From the human T2T-CHM13v2.0 reference genome, Homo sapiens, in assembly GCF_009914755.1 (NCBI RefSeq), contig NC_060928.1: a DNA stretch of 64,000 nt; one strand, given 5' to 3'. The notes below the pieces were generated by a model. It saw only the letters and a program-made list of their open reading frames with translations, was not told the origin of the DNA and ran no database searches. This document shows, one piece after another, positions 1 through 15,172 of the stretch. The first letter of the stretch is position 1. Every line of letters starts with the position of its first letter. Made by a program: the position numbers and the translations under genes.

Positions 1-1179
1 CTAAGTTTTATGCCACTAATAAACTTTTGAACATAAGTGTATCAGTCATAAAATGGTCATATTAATGACCAGTTTTTTAAAAAAGACAGCATATATTTAG
101 TTGATCAATTATAAGTGGATAATTGTAGGAGCTGAAGCACACTAAATGTGTTTTAAAAATTTACATGAATGATAATAACTATAATCCATTAAGCTATAAA
201 AATATTCTATATTAGTTTCAGATATCCAAATCTTTATAAAACTAAGGAATTTAAAAAATAATTACTGGTTTATTCCCATAAATTTTTCATTTTCTAAATA
301 AGGCTGAAGTGATCTTTTTGGTAGAAGTTTAAAAATCTTTTAACTTAAAATGGATAATAAAGACTCAAACAGTCTAAATTCATCTGAAGCCTGAAACAAT
401 GGAAGAGGAAGTAAGGATATCATAATGAATAGAGAAATTTTAAGAGTTCAATAGATAAAAGCTGATAATATACAGTAGGTGAACTAGGGAGTTATTAGTC
501 ACTTCACCAAAGAAATACCTCCAACTCCCCCAAGTTCTTTTAAAAGACAAGCTCTGTTACACATATGAACTCCTCTGGAAACCTCTAAAAAGCCAAAGGT
601 ACTTTTGTAGCACATTTCAAGCCACAACACTTCCAAATATCTTGTAACCTAAGCTCTGGCTAACTAAGGGTAATTTAGCTTATCAGCAGTACCCAAATCA
701 AATGAGCTATTCTGAAGATACGGATTCAGAGAAATCACAAAGGCTCATGTGCTTCTTCATTAAACATTTGTCTATTAATTTCCCCAGCTATTAACAATTG
801 TTGTTAATAGTTGGGAGAAGTTCTGAGAAGAAACTGCGCTGTCACGGAAACATTTCAATCCCTGTATTTGTCACATTCACCAACTATCTGGTGTGCACCA
901 AGTTACTGGGAAGAGGAGCTATCAGTTGTTCCCTCCTCGCTCCCGCCTAGTCCCCTTTCCTTCCCTCTTCTCACACATTACAGTTCCTTGTTCCTGTAGT
1001 ATTCAGAGACATAAAACAGAGGAGGACCTTCTTGTGCTCTATACCTTATAAGCATCATTTTTGCTTTCATCTTAAGCCATTTAAAAGTAAACAATAGTTA
1101 TTAAGGAAAAAACTGTTAAACAGATGCAAAGTGGAAGAGATTAAATTAGGAATTTCCATACACGATGATGAACAAGTAA

Positions 1180-1715
<536 letters not shown>

Positions 1716-1851
1716 TGAGCACTTTAACTTTTTTAGTCCTCCATTTTGTTTGCTACAAGATTTTATGTAAAGCTGAATAAGGAAGAATTAGTGGCTCAGA
1801 TCGAAGTGGTCTTTCTTTGAGCAAATTAAATGAGAACTTATCCCTATCTTA

Positions 1852-2115
<264 letters not shown>

Positions 2116-2309
2116 TCACCTGCATCTTGTTCAAGGAGTTAAAGGCAAGAGAATCCACTGGCTTGCTGCCTTGATGAATAATCAACTAGGGTTATGGTGA
2201 TTCTTTTGCCAAAGTTACTCAAATTGTTTGTGTTATACTAAAACCCACAGATATTGTGACACATCAGAAAGCTAATGTTAAAGGATGAGGGCATTATTTT
2301 TTCATCTTC

Positions 2310-2705
2310 AAAAGTTGTGGTAAAGTATACAGAATATAAAATTTACTATCTTAACCATTTTAAGTGTACAGTTCAATAGTGTTAGGTACATTCACACTGT
2401 TGTGCCACCATCACCACTGTCCATCTCCAGAACTCTTATTTTTATTATTATTATTTTTTCTTAGAGACAGAGTCTTGCTCTGTTGCCCAGGCTGGAGTGC
2501 AGTGTTGTGATCATAGCTCACTGTTGTACCTCAAACTCCTGGGCTCAAGCGATCCCCCAGCCTCAGCTTCCCAAGCAGAACTCTTTTCATCTTACAAAAT
2601 GGAACCTCTCTACTCATTAAGCATTAACTACTCTTTTCCCTCCTTCCAAGCCCCTGGCAACTACCATTTCACTTTCTGTCTCTATGAATTTGTCTGCTAT
2701 AGGTA
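2310..2705 (-). mobile_element. Old L1M 3' fragment with a nested Alu monomer (~2438-2575)
   Basis: L1 3' motif ttaaccattttaagtgtacagttca; TSD cagaactctt around the Alu piece. Confidence 0.75.
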
Positions 2706-2761
2706 TGGAAGAGGGCATTTATTAACAAAAGGTTTAAATACATTTTAAATGCTAGATGTAC

Positions 2762-2820
2762 CTCTTCAGGATTTCCTCTGGCTTGTATTCTTTCTTGTAG
2801 AGATGGCGTATCAACTGTTC
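2762..2820 (-). CDS. BDH2: BDH2 exon 8 (G-TVDTPSLQERIQARGNPEE)
   Basis: 59 nt, tttag acceptor, GTACAT donor, phase 1/0. Confidence 0.95.
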
Positions 2821-3519
2821 CTAAATCAAAGGGGGATATTCAGCTTGGTTACTCACTTTCACTGAAAAAGAAATCGATAACTAAACTTCCTTTCCATATG
2901 ACAATCAGTGAGATTCTTCTCCTTGACTTAAAATGACAACTTTACAGCTGCCTGCCTGAGGCCTCTTATTTAATAGGCTTATAATTTCTTCAATAACATT
3001 TCTATGATTTTAAAAACACAGACTATGATTCTTCGTGACACTATGTAGGGACTCTGGATGAATCACCCAGCATTCTCAAGGACATATATTTTAGTCACAT
3101 TGCATTTATATGATGCTTTATGGATTTTAAATACATTTATGCATATGATCTCAGCTAATCCTCACAATAACCCTGAGATGTAGATAAAATCGTACAAGCA
3201 CTTTGCCAGCTTAAGGAGCCAGTTTGCCTCAATGATCTCAAAACCATTCTTTGCTGTCAAGTTCACTGTGGCATCTTTGGGGACAATCCCATGGCTACCA
3301 TAGTCCTTGGTAATTCAGGTGGCGCTAAATTTTTCTTATCACCTTGCCTATTTTCATTGTTTCAAATGCCTACTTTTAACCACAGTTTCAAGTTTTTAAT
3401 CAAAAATATAATTTAATCTAATTTAAAGTTATTTTACTTTAAAAAAGAAAAATAAGAACAACGCTAACATTTTAAAATTCCACTTAGTTTATGGTCTCCT
3501 AGAGCACGTTACCCAGACT

Positions 3520-4085
3520 TTTTTGTTAACGGACATAAACTGTTCATTCTCTTTAGAGGGCCCTTTTTCAGACTAAAGAGTACTCTGGCAAATAATGTGA
3601 TCTTTCTGAGGTTGTAACAAATGGTTTTACAGTCATACTTCACCCTTAGATCATGTTCCTGAGAGTGCCATAGATTTGATCTTTATTCAGAAAACATTTC
3701 TTAATTTTAGCATCATTTGCTATTTTTTTCTGATGAAGCTGGAAATCTTCAAAATCAGAAAGCCTGACTCCATTTTGGAACCCCCTCTTTAGGTTGGTTA
3801 TCTGTCTCTTGTCACATTTTACTATAAGCAGCCAGCACTTTCAAGACTCTGGGTAGAAATCACCTTAATTAGATCACCCAGTTCATTAGGAACATCTTCT
3901 ACCTTCACACTACAGGCAACAGTGTTGATGTACTTTCTGAAACTGTATGACAAAGACACTCTTTTTTCTAATTTTCAATAATATTTTCCTCACTTTCCTC
4001 AATAGCCTCCTTAAAGTCCACAGTTTTACCAACAGTGTGCACCTCAAGCTTTCACTAACACTCCTTCAGAATCTTACAGCTTTAA
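3520..4085. mobile_element. Probable MaLR (MLT1) internal fragment
   Basis: Resembles the recalled MaLR-int sequence; degenerate. Confidence 0.4.
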
Positions 4086-5041
4086 TAGCTTTCTCCCTCT
4101 GAGGTAAATGAACATCATATCTTACATATGACTGGTACTAATGGCTATTAAATAAGAACTGTAGAGCAAGCCCATGCCTTTAGAGTATTCCAATGTCACT
4201 GGGTTCAGCTGTGTCCATGGCACAGACATACTATGCCAGGGTCTACACAAGTCTGGCTGGAGATTTGTGACTATACAACCATCAGCAGCATCTCAGACAT
4301 ACTCAGTCCTCCTCAAGTTTTCTTCTGTGATTGGTTCACTGAGTCACAGCTAGTTCCTTGTTCCAAAGAGTTTGATAACATATTTTCCAATCTCCTGATA
4401 AGTCCAGTCGCTGAAACAACCACATTTTCCAAATCATTTTACCACTTATTCCACTGGGTAAATGGCACCAAGAATAGCTAGACTCAAGTATCGCCAGGAT
4501 GTACATTAAAACCCAATGAAATGACCTCTCATGCATTCTTCTTTTTCTTAGCGTTACCTACGTTTACATTTCTGTTCCAAGAAAAATAAAACAGAACATC
4601 TCAATCGCTGAAATTCTGTAGCTTGGGGGATGTTTAGTTTCCCCTCTTTAAGTCAGTGGGTTTCAACTGAAGATTCAATCAGAATCTCTTGTGGGTCTTT
4701 CTAAACCACACAATTCTCTCCATGAACTCCTTCCCTAAATTCTGGCATGCCCTTCAGGTTTGAAAGGTCCCCAGGTCATATTGAAATGTTTCCCTTTCAC
4801 ACACCACCCCCCATTATCAATTGTGCACTACCAAGGGAAACCTTGATCCTGGATATGCAATCATTTCTTTTTAAAGAATATTATAATCCTTATTAGATAC
4901 CTTAAGTTCCTTTTAGATTGGTAGAACCAGGTAAAAGTACATATCAATTTAATAAACACATCTACGGTTATTGTGAAAATGAGACACACCCCTATAGTTA
5001 TTAAGAAAAGGAAAGTTCTGCTTTTCTTCTTTGCTTTGTAT

Positions 5042-5227
5042 GAGGGATCGGCACACCTTTCTTGGTAAAGAGGCAGACAAAAAATATTTATGGCTTTGAG
5101 AGTCATTTTATCTGTTGCAACTATTATACTAAACTCTGCCTTTGTAGCATGAAAACAGCCATAGGCAATAACATAAGCAAATTGGGTGTGGAAGTGTTTC
5201 AGTAAAACTTTGCTTACAAAACAGGTG
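5042..5227. mobile_element. MER58-like hAT element
   Basis: ctctgcctttgtagcatgaaaacagccatagg and aaactttgcttacaaaacagg motifs. Confidence 0.7.
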
Positions 5228-5234
5228 TGCCTTA

Positions 5235-5372
<138 letters not shown>

Positions 5373-6370
5373 TCAACAATTGAAGGAATAAAAAATGTAT
5401 TTTCCTTCAGAAAGGTAACACAAATAAGTTTTCCCAGTAGCCATTTTCATGCTTTCTCCCACATTCCTCCCCTTTTAAAAAGATTGATATCAGATTTTTT
5501 TCCTTCAATAGAGTCAGTTTCTGGATCTAGGGAAATAATATCAGTATAGGCACAACTTAATTGAGACTTAATTGAAATGCTGAACTTACTTAACATTGGT
5601 AGTCTTAGTTTCTCATCATCAGTTGCCATAACTCTTAGGCAGATTCCAAAAGAAAATGAAGATTAATAACAAAACAAAACAATAAAACAGGAGGCCTAGG
5701 CACTTCTTTACATTCCTCTCTTGTGTATGTTGAATATGTGTATCCTTGCAAAGAGAAGAAATGGTATCTCAGCAGTAACTATTTCATTTTAAACTCACAG
5801 ATCCAACTATGCCAGATTGTGACATAATCCACATTTTGTACTGCTGTCCTTGTCCTTCAACTTGACTTCTTGCTGATGGCTCAGATCAACTGTCTTTGTG
5901 AAGCATTCCACAAACTCACAGGCAGTTATTTCCCTGTATTTTGACAGCGCTTTGTACAAACCTCTGTTATATATCATCACACTGGAGAAGATGATGTTTG
6001 CTGCCTTGCTCCTAGTTTTGGACTGTGAATTCTTTTATGGCCAGAGCACATACCGGTGCTCAATACACTATTTTAAATTAATTAAATGTTAAATGGTTCT
6101 TTCTCCCAGTTTGATGTTCATTTCCATGTCCATTAGAAAGAATAAAAGGGAGGGCAAAAATACCCCACATTTTAATTTAATTTTACCACTGGCTCACATC
6201 GAGAGCAAAAGATCTGTGGTTAAGGAACTTAATACCAATTTTGAAAAAAGCAGTTTTGAAATCATTTCAATACTTGAAATTATAATCTCTGCTATGCCTG
6301 TTCCCAAACGCAGAGCTCTTAATGATGTGCGTGTATGAGCATCGCAGTCCTCGGAAGGAGACAGACCCAC

Positions 6371-6431
6371 CTTTGACGCTGGAAGCCACAGAAGACATGT
6401 TGATAATATTGCCAGATTTCTGAGCAAGCAT
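6371..6431 (-). CDS. BDH2: BDH2 exon 6 (MLAQKSGNIINMSSVASSVKG)
   Basis: 61 nt, ggcag acceptor, GTGGGT donor; inside ORF 6267..6509. Confidence 0.96.
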
Positions 6432-6769
6432 CTGCCAAAACAAAACAAATACAAAAAAAAAAAAATCCACTTTGTGGGCTAAAATACTACCTTTTAAAAA
6501 GATTTGCATTTTCTTAGGGTTTGCAGAATGAATTTAATTACTGTATTAGCTAGTCACATTAAGCACTATTAAGCAGTCTTAACAGTGAACCCAAAACACC
6601 TCATCAACTATTGCTGGGAAATGATGGCAATGTGACTGCACTCACTGGCATTTCCCAGGGGGATTACCACCTTCCCATGGTACAAGAATGTCAGCAAGAC
6701 TACGAGTGAATGCTGACTTAAATGAAATGTGAATAAATGTTGTTATTGTGTGTTACTGATGTTGGGAAA

Positions 6770-7620
6770 CTTACTCCATTCAACACATAATTTTTGAATA
6801 CCTACTGAGGCCAGGTATTGTGCTAGGTCCAGGAGATTACTGCCTACAGGAGGCAACCAGTCTGGTTAGAGTGGCTCACATAATCCACATCCAGCCACAG
6901 CAGAGACCTCCACAGAGATCTAACAGCAGGGTGAGGGCAGAAAGGGAGCAATTCAGGCTGGGCGACACTCAGAGGGGACCTCCTGAGAAGGAAGGATATG
7001 GGCTGAATTTTGAACACTAGAGTATTAGTCAGAAAAATAAAAGAAAAGGATGTTTTGAGGAGTGGGTACACAGGTATAAAGGTTCCATCGGGAACTGGGA
7101 GGAGGGGCTGGGTCTGGCTGGAATGCAGGGTGTGGAAGCAATGAGGCTGCAGAGGTCAACAAGGGCTGAATTTAGAACCTGGGTTTTACCCTGAAGGTGA
7201 TGCAGTGACACTGAAGGGTTTAAAGCAGAGAAGTGGCATGTTCAGACTTGGGGATTGCAAGGATTACTGTGGTGCCCAGAGACTAGTGGAAGCTGATGCA
7301 GGCTTCAGGAAAGAGTGATAAAGGTGGAGCTGCAGAAATGTCTATGGGTAGCTGAGGAGGAGAGGGCTGAGGCAGGATGGGCAGGACCTTGTAGATGGTT
7401 GCTGCAGGGATGGTGGGCCTCACCAATTTAGGGCAGTGTTTCCTAAGAACACCTTCTTCAGAATTCCCCCACTAAAGTGTGAATTTATTAAGATGAGGGT
7501 CTTTGGCTGTTTTGTCCTCCTAGACAGTGTACACAGTAGGCAGTCAATAAATGTTGATGAATCAGAATCTCCTGAGGTGCTAGTTTAAAACACAGATTGC
7601 TGGGCCCTGTCCTATAGCTA
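6770..7620. mobile_element. L2 fragments plus MER5-like piece
   Basis: ttgaatacctactg...ccaggtattgtgctagg, gaagggtttaaagcagag, cagattgctgggccc. Confidence 0.55.
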
Positions 7621-10429
7621 AATAAATATATAATAAAGAAAACTGCTATGAATTTAAAAATGTTTTCAAACTTTACTAATTATAACATGTACATAGAAGT
7701 CTCAATAGGCAGTGTAAAGGGCCAGAGAAAAAAAATGACTTCTGTTGGGACGAGTTTCTTTAGCAGCTTTTAGAAAAAGAGGTGTAGGAAAGGAAAAAGT
7801 AAATAATTGAATGGATCCAGGATTGGTGTGGCCAAGATGATTGATTTCTTAGGATATTCTTCTGACTTTGTTCTGAGATTTAGCTACTAATTGCCCCTAA
7901 AAACAGAATCTAAACTAACCCCAAGGCACTATGCTGAATGGAGTAAGTGGATACAAGGAGAGGCTGACTGTAACCCAACCAAGCTAAGGAAGACAGCAGG
8001 GGAAAAAATAATGTTTAACTTAATTGTGTGTTTTATATAATAAAGAGGATCATAATGAAATGGGGTTCTCATAAAAAGTGTCAAGAATGTTGGTCAAGTG
8101 TAATGGTGTTGAAAAGTAAGCCTTAAAATTGTTCTTTCTTATCCAATTTAGCAAATAGCATTCCCCATTTAAAATACATATAGAATACATATACCCCAAT
8201 TTAATACATAAAGATGGGTTATTATGTAGGTTCAATCTCTAGTCCTCTCTAGAAATGCAATATTATCTCAGGCAAAACCTTAGAATAAAGCCACCTAAGA
8301 GACATTACATTAGTGCTGCCCCCTAACACTTGCACTATCCATTCAACCAAGTTCAACCGAGGTCCCTCTGCTGCTTCTAGAGCCCCTAGTCAGTACCTGT
8401 TCCCATGCTGCCTTCCCAGTCCAGGTCAGGAGCTGTCGTCATGGTGTCAGGCTCTCCCTGGCTCCCCATGCAATAGCCTTCTCTGGCAGGCATGACTATA
8501 AAGTCAAGTGCCTGGTACATAGTACTGCTATCTAGGATTGACCTCCCAGAAGCTTAGGTAGGGGCTAGAAATACCCCTTAAGAGTCCCTGGAGCTGTATC
8601 TAGTTAGTCTTACTCTGACCCAGCCCTTCTGTCTCCATTGGCCAGAGCTCAGCCCCTAACCCTGGTGGAACCTGGCCACTTGGGTCTCCAGTGGTTCCTG
8701 CTGGACTAACAACCTTGATTCATTTATTTATTTGACAAATGTTTGTGGAGCACCTCTATACGCTGAAGACTCTTCTAAGACACAGCAAGGTGGGGGAAAA
8801 AAGCAAGCAAACAAACCAACCCAAATAACAAAGATATCCCCAAATCTTTGCCCTAATGGATCTTCTCTTCTGGTGGAGCCTGGATTCTGCATTGACCTCT
8901 TCTTAAAGTATTTTCAACTTGTTCTCTGCCTTTTGACTGATCTTCCAGTCTTGGAATGCTTTCCTGTGTATCTATCCATGAATAAAAATTTCCTATGAGT
9001 GTTCCTATGTTCTGACCAGCTGACCTTCCAGAGCTGCCTAGACTCCAAATCCTAGCTTCCCCTGGAAAGTTCTAACATGGGATATGTGTGTCATAGTTAA
9101 TGATACAGAGGATCATAGATAATTATGGCTGGAAGTGATTGTGTAACCTATCATCCTCATTTTTTAGCTAAAAGAAATATGTACTGAGAGGGTACAAGTG
9201 CCATCTCTATGGCACATGGCCAATTAGGGGCAGGGCGCAGACTGCACCTAAGGACTTCTGATGATAGAGTCCAAGACCAGGATTCGATTTTGTCAAGGTC
9301 ACTTTAAACAAGAGGCACTAATACCATATTCCTGCCATTAACATCTCTTGGGATTTTTTTTTAAACAAATCTGTGTTTTTGGCCCACATGGATAATTGTT
9401 AAGATATTGTAAATCACAAGCAAACTCACTAGTTTGCAAGTTAATGTTTGTATATTTTAAAAATTAACACAAGTTTACATTTCAGCTCCACTGTACTCCA
9501 CACCTACTTCCTTTACTAAAATTTGTAAAGCATTTTAGAGCCTGGTTTTGCAAATGAGTCTCATGCATGTGCAACAGTCTTACCCACGATGACCTAAGCT
9601 TTCCTCCTATACCACAGTCTCTGCTCTACCCCTGTAACCTATGCAAAGGATCTGTCTTCAAAAATACATTCGTGTTCCAAATACTATAGTTTCTCATAAA
9701 CTCCAAATAGGCTAAAAAATCAACTTACATTAAAAAAAACAATTTGTTATAAAAATTTGCTAGTTCAACATTCTGTGGACCCACCCAAAAATCCCTTCTA
9801 AGCACTAAACAAGTAGATTTTTCAAAGTCCCTTCATTACTAAGTCAGTTTCTCTAATTTTCCTGTTAATGTTCATCTGGAACCTTCTTAACATTAGGTTG
9901 AATATTCAGAGTAGAATATCAGCCCTGCTGTGCCATTAACAAAGCTCTTCTCCTGCCCAGACATGGACAGGACATCAAATCCAGCTGGGATGGAAGGGAA
10001 AAGTTGTTCTTCTGCATTTCACTAGGTTCAATTTACAACCTTGAGTTGAGCTGGCTCTGTACCCAGTCAACCCCTTTCATTGTCTCAGCCTGCACTGTCT
10101 GCTACTACTGGTTTATAAGCTCATTTGAAATCAGGGATGTACGCTGCTCATGTTTATACTCCCCTAGAACACTTTATATAGTGATTTATACCAAGAGGTA
10201 CTTAATGCTAGTTTATAAAATAAAATTTTAAACATTGATGCGTTGTGTGAAGGCTTGAGAATTCAAGGAGGAATGCTGTCTTGAGCACACACTGTCTCTC
10301 ACCTGCCCAGTACCACTGTGGTTCAGATCAAAACAAGAGCGAAGGGAGAAGCTTCAGGGCAGAGAAAAGCAATGGGGTACATCCCTCTTGAGAGTGTGAG
10401 CCTAGACTGAAATTCACGAAGGGGCTCAA

Positions 10430-10960
10430 CGTCCAGGCTTCAAATCTTGGTTCTAACCATGTGCTAGTTGGGTGACCTTGAGCAAGTTGTCTGAACTCTC
10501 AGTTTCATCTTCTGAACAATGGATGAGATAATAGTATCTACCTCATACGATCATTCCAGTCTCGTGTGCCTCCCTGCTGTTACCTCTGCCTGGAATCATC
10601 TCCCAAGGTACCTGAATGATCAGCTGTCTCACTTCTTGGACTGCTATGCCAGTTTCACCTTTGCGGTGGAGTCCAGAGGGGCCGCATTGATATCCTAGCT
10701 TCTTTCTCTTCATTATATTTAAAACCACGCCACATATTCTATGTCTATTTGATTACTAATTGTCCCATCTCACCCCCAATAATGGAACCTGCCTTATAGA
10801 AGGCACTTTGTTTAGTTCACTTATGTGTCTTCTGTGCCTAGAATGGAGCCTGGCATGTGGAAAGTGCTTAATAAATATTCCTTGAGTGGATGAGCTGGAA
10901 GGTTAAATAGATTAATTTATGTGAAATGCCTTGATATAAATGTTCAATGCAAGTTAATCA
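10430..10960. mobile_element. MIR with nested L2 3' end
   Basis: gtgaccttgagcaagtt...ctcagtttc MIR core; cctagaatggagcctggcatgtgg L2 tail. Confidence 0.6.
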
Positions 10961-11040
10961 TTGTGTTAGTTATTATCACTCTTCAGCACATGTGGGAATC
11001 CCTTCTGTGTGCCCAGTACAGAGACCTAATGTGGTGCTTA

Positions 11041-11256
<216 letters not shown>

Positions 11257-11488
11257 TTAGTGACTTAGACCACTGTCTCTTTCCCTTATCAAGACTTTAA
11301 ACAATTCATAGTATCACTTAGTATATTATATTAGTAAGAATCCCAACAACTTAAGCTAGAAATGTCATCTGAAAACAAGATCCTTGTTTTCCAAACAAAA
11401 GTATGGTCACCGAACATAAGAAGCTTTATATTAATTGTGCTGGAAACATCAATGCCATTAAAAACAAACAACAAATAAAGGCGAACAG

Positions 11489-11647
11489 GGCTAGGCATGG
11501 TAGCACACACCTGCAGCCTCAGCTACTTTGAAGGCTGAGGCAAGAGGACCACTTGAGCCCAGGAGTTTTAGGATGCAGTGAGCTATGATCATTCCACTGC
11601 CCTCTAGCCTGGGGAACCAAGACAAACCCTGTTTCAGAAAAAAAAAA
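11489..11647 (+). mobile_element. Alu monomer (FRAM/FAM-like)
   Basis: Single diverged Alu arm with A tail. Confidence 0.8.
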
Positions 11648-11705
11648 GAGAGAGAGAAAAAACATCTGCCCTATTTGCCTATGTGATTCCTATTTCAAGA
11701 GCAAC

Positions 11706-11722
11706 AGTGCCCTCAGGTGGCA
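11706..11722 (-). promoter_or_regulatory. Possible intronic CTCF motif
   Basis: Minus strand TGCCACCTGAGGGCACT, imperfect match. Confidence 0.4.
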
Positions 11723-12489
11723 CAGATTTAGAATTCTCAAGGGAAATCAAAATTGCAAGGAAAACAAGTGTCTGAACATCTCAGAGCAGCAAAGTGATAC
11801 TGCTAGTGTTCTAACATACTGAGAGATGTTAGTTTGTTGTAAGAGAGACGTTAAGGCAGAACAAAACAAACCCGTAAAGTAGCTTTCACTATTTTTCAAG
11901 TTACGTTTTCTGAGGGAAGCTTCCAAAACACTGGAACCCTTACTGATTTGGTCCTCTGGACCCAAATTATGTAATTCATTATAAAATATTGTTGGCTGTG
12001 ACTTCCATGTACCAAAGCTCTGCTATTTCAGTCAGAATGTCAGTTTCATGACAGCAGGAACCACATGATTATTTCTACATCCCCTACATGGCTGAAAATT
12101 TAATAGATGCTCAGAAACTAACTTTGCTAACTATTTGTTTCATGTTTCTGGGTGTATTCTTACATGAGGATGGAAGACTATTTATAAAATAGATGATCAG
12201 AAATTATTGCTTTAATTTAACTTCCATACATTGTAACACATAATACAGCTTTGTATCAGTACCATCTGTCTTGAGTAGACCTCATTTGCCCCAGATCATG
12301 TCAAACTCTAAGGCTGTCTTACCTGCTGAATTTTATGTGTAATGAAAATGCTGTGTAAAATCTAGCCATATTTCCCAAGGAATATGTCATGGTTCACAAT
12401 GAATGATTTTGCCACATTATGAAAATTCTTTGAATGAAAGTCATAGAAAACTTTCTGTAAGGAAAGTGAAACTAAAAAGTTATGAATTA

Positions 12490-12609
<120 letters not shown>

Positions 12610-12935
12610 CTATTCCTAAAAATGTTTAGCCTTGAAGGTTTAGCTGTTTTGAAGTGTGAAGTGTGAAGATTGCAACATCTATCCAGCTAGGCTTCATAGA
12701 TTGCTGACCTTCTTACTAGGGTCTTAAGAATCTTCAGAGTCTCATTAGTAAACTTAAAGTCCATCTTGACTCCTCCAATAACCCATCCGTCCCTCTTCCT
12801 TCCTCTCTGTCCATTTTCCAAGTTGAATAATAAGGGTCCTTTCTGAGCAATGGCTTTATAGTAAAGAATGACTGGTGTACATTAGATGTTTCTCAGTAAG
12901 CCAGCAGTAATAACTGAAAATGGGCTCATTTGAAG

Positions 12936-13042
12936 TTCTTACAAACTTCAAACATTAATTTTCTCCTCTTTGCAGCTTTTCTCTTAATTTTCTCTTCTTT
13001 GAGGTATAATTGAGAAATAAAAATTGCATATATTCAAGATGT
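12936..13042 (+). repeat. Left arm of perfect 107-bp inverted repeat
   Basis: Exact reverse complement of 14430-14536. Confidence 0.93.
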
Positions 13043-13409
13043 CCTTCCCCTATCCTTCCCCTGCCAGAGACTGGGTTGCTGGTACCTATACAGTAATCAG
13101 AATTTTGTCTGAGTGAGGGGTGGAGAAGAGCAAGTGTTCTGGAATAAGAGACTGTTTCTATTTGTGAGCTTCCCCTTTATGTCATTTCCATTATTTATTA
13201 GAAATGACTCTGTTAGTCAAGGGTATCCAGTCAAATACATGTATTTCTGGACTAAACTGCAAGGAGAAGAAATGAGAGGGTCAGAAGAAGGGATGACACC
13301 CTTGAAGGCTAGACATGAGAGATCTGGCATGGCGGGCACCTGAGAGATACACACTGCACTAGTTGCTGAGAAACTCCAAACAGTGTCTAACAAAAGCAGC
13401 AGTCATCAT

Positions 13410-13692
13410 TATAAATATATACACATATTATTTATAATGTGCATAATATATATTATAACATATAGTAATATAATTTATAATATATACAATGTATTAATAT
13501 GTATACATATAATATATAATAATATATGAATAATACATATAATATATAGTAATATAATTTATAATATATACAATGTATTAATATGTATATGTATAATATA
13601 TAATAATATATGTATAATACATATAATATATAATTATCTATAATGTGTATTATATTTTATAATTTATAATATATTATAAATAATATGTATAT
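13410..13692. repeat. AT-rich tract with ~84-bp tandem duplication
   Basis: tatagtaatataatttataatatatacaatg starts at 13461 and 13545. Confidence 0.85.
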
Positions 13693-14067
13693 GGTTTATT
13701 TTGGGGGAATATAGAAATAAAAGATTCATAAAGAAAGGGAAGACTTGAAATTTTGTTTCAGAAACATTTCCTTATCTTTGTGCTTCCCCAGTGCAGCAGC
13801 TTTACTTTGACTTGTTTGAATTATAATTCAACATATTCCAATTCAATTAACTAATTCAAGGAACTAATTGCTGTTTGATTATGTAACCTGTTCTATTTTG
13901 CTGTAAGGGTTACCTTTCATATAGGTTCTCTGTTCTGATTTCTTTGGGTAAACTGCAATTAAAATCCTTTGGTGTTGGAGTTTGGTTCAGTGGGGTGAAG
14001 AAGTGGTGGTACACACCTAATAATCTGGGTACTCTCTTAGGGTTTCTCATGATGATGTGTGATTTTA

Positions 14068-14755
14068 GAGCTAAGCTGTCTCCAGCCACATGTGGCTACT
14101 GAGCACCTGAAATGCAGCTAGTCTGAAATGAAATGTGCTGCAAGTGTAAAATACACATGAATTTTAAAGATTTAGTATGAAAATATTGAGACGTTGGTCA
14201 AAGGGTACACTCTTGCAGTTATAAGACTTAATATACAGTACAGTGACTATAGTTATTAATAATGTATTGTATACTTGAAATTTGCTAAGAGGGTAGATCC
14301 TAGGTATTCTTAGCACACACATACATACACACAGAGGTAACTAAATGAGGTAATGGATATGTTAATTAGCTTGACTGTGATAATCATTTCACAAGGTATT
14401 TTACAACATATATGAAAACATCATGTTGAACATCTTGAATATATGCAATTTTTATTTCTCAATTATACCTCAAAGAAGAGAAAATTAAGAGAAAAGCTGC
14501 AAAGAGGAGAAAATTAATGTTTGAAGTTTGTAAGAAACTTCTAATAATTTAAATAAAAAATTTAGTAAGAAAAAATTAAAATATTAATTTTTTAACTTGA
14601 GTGCATGTTGAGATTATATTTTAGATATATTGGATAAAAGAAAATATATTATTAAATTAATTTTCACTTGATTCTTTTTACTTTTTTAATGTGGATACTA
14701 GAAAATTTAAAATTACACAGGCAGCTCACAACATGTTACTATTGGACAGGGCTAT
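14068..14755. mobile_element. MER33/MER3-like DNA element interrupted by an L1MA 3' end (~14185-14475, +)
   Basis: tagccacatgtggctactgagcac-type motif; L1MA tail gtatacttgaaatttgctaagagggtagat. Confidence 0.7.
14430..14536 (-). repeat. Right arm of perfect 107-bp inverted repeat
   Basis: Exact reverse complement of 12936-13042. Confidence 0.93.
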
Positions 14756-15043
14756 CCTAGAGGAGGAGGGCACAGAAGTGAAAAGCTGTCATGAAAAGTT
14801 AACCTAACAACTAGTAAATTTTCACATGTAAGTTTGTAATTAGGAACTGAATCCCTCAAATGTGTTAGCTAAATAAAGGATTTTAAGTATTCGTCCTCAA
14901 ATTTTTCTATGCATGTAAGTCACAGATTTTTGTCTATAGGTTCACAAAATATAGATTTCATATCAGAGAGAGAATCTAAAAAGCACGGCAGTGGAGCTCA
15001 GTAGCTAGGGAATTTTCTTTCAACATGTGAGCGCCATGCTTTA

Positions 15044-15172
<129 letters not shown>

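Noticed and set aside
3311-3327. CAGGTGGCGCT CTCF-like core
   Set aside because: The 5' half of the motif (CCA) is missing.
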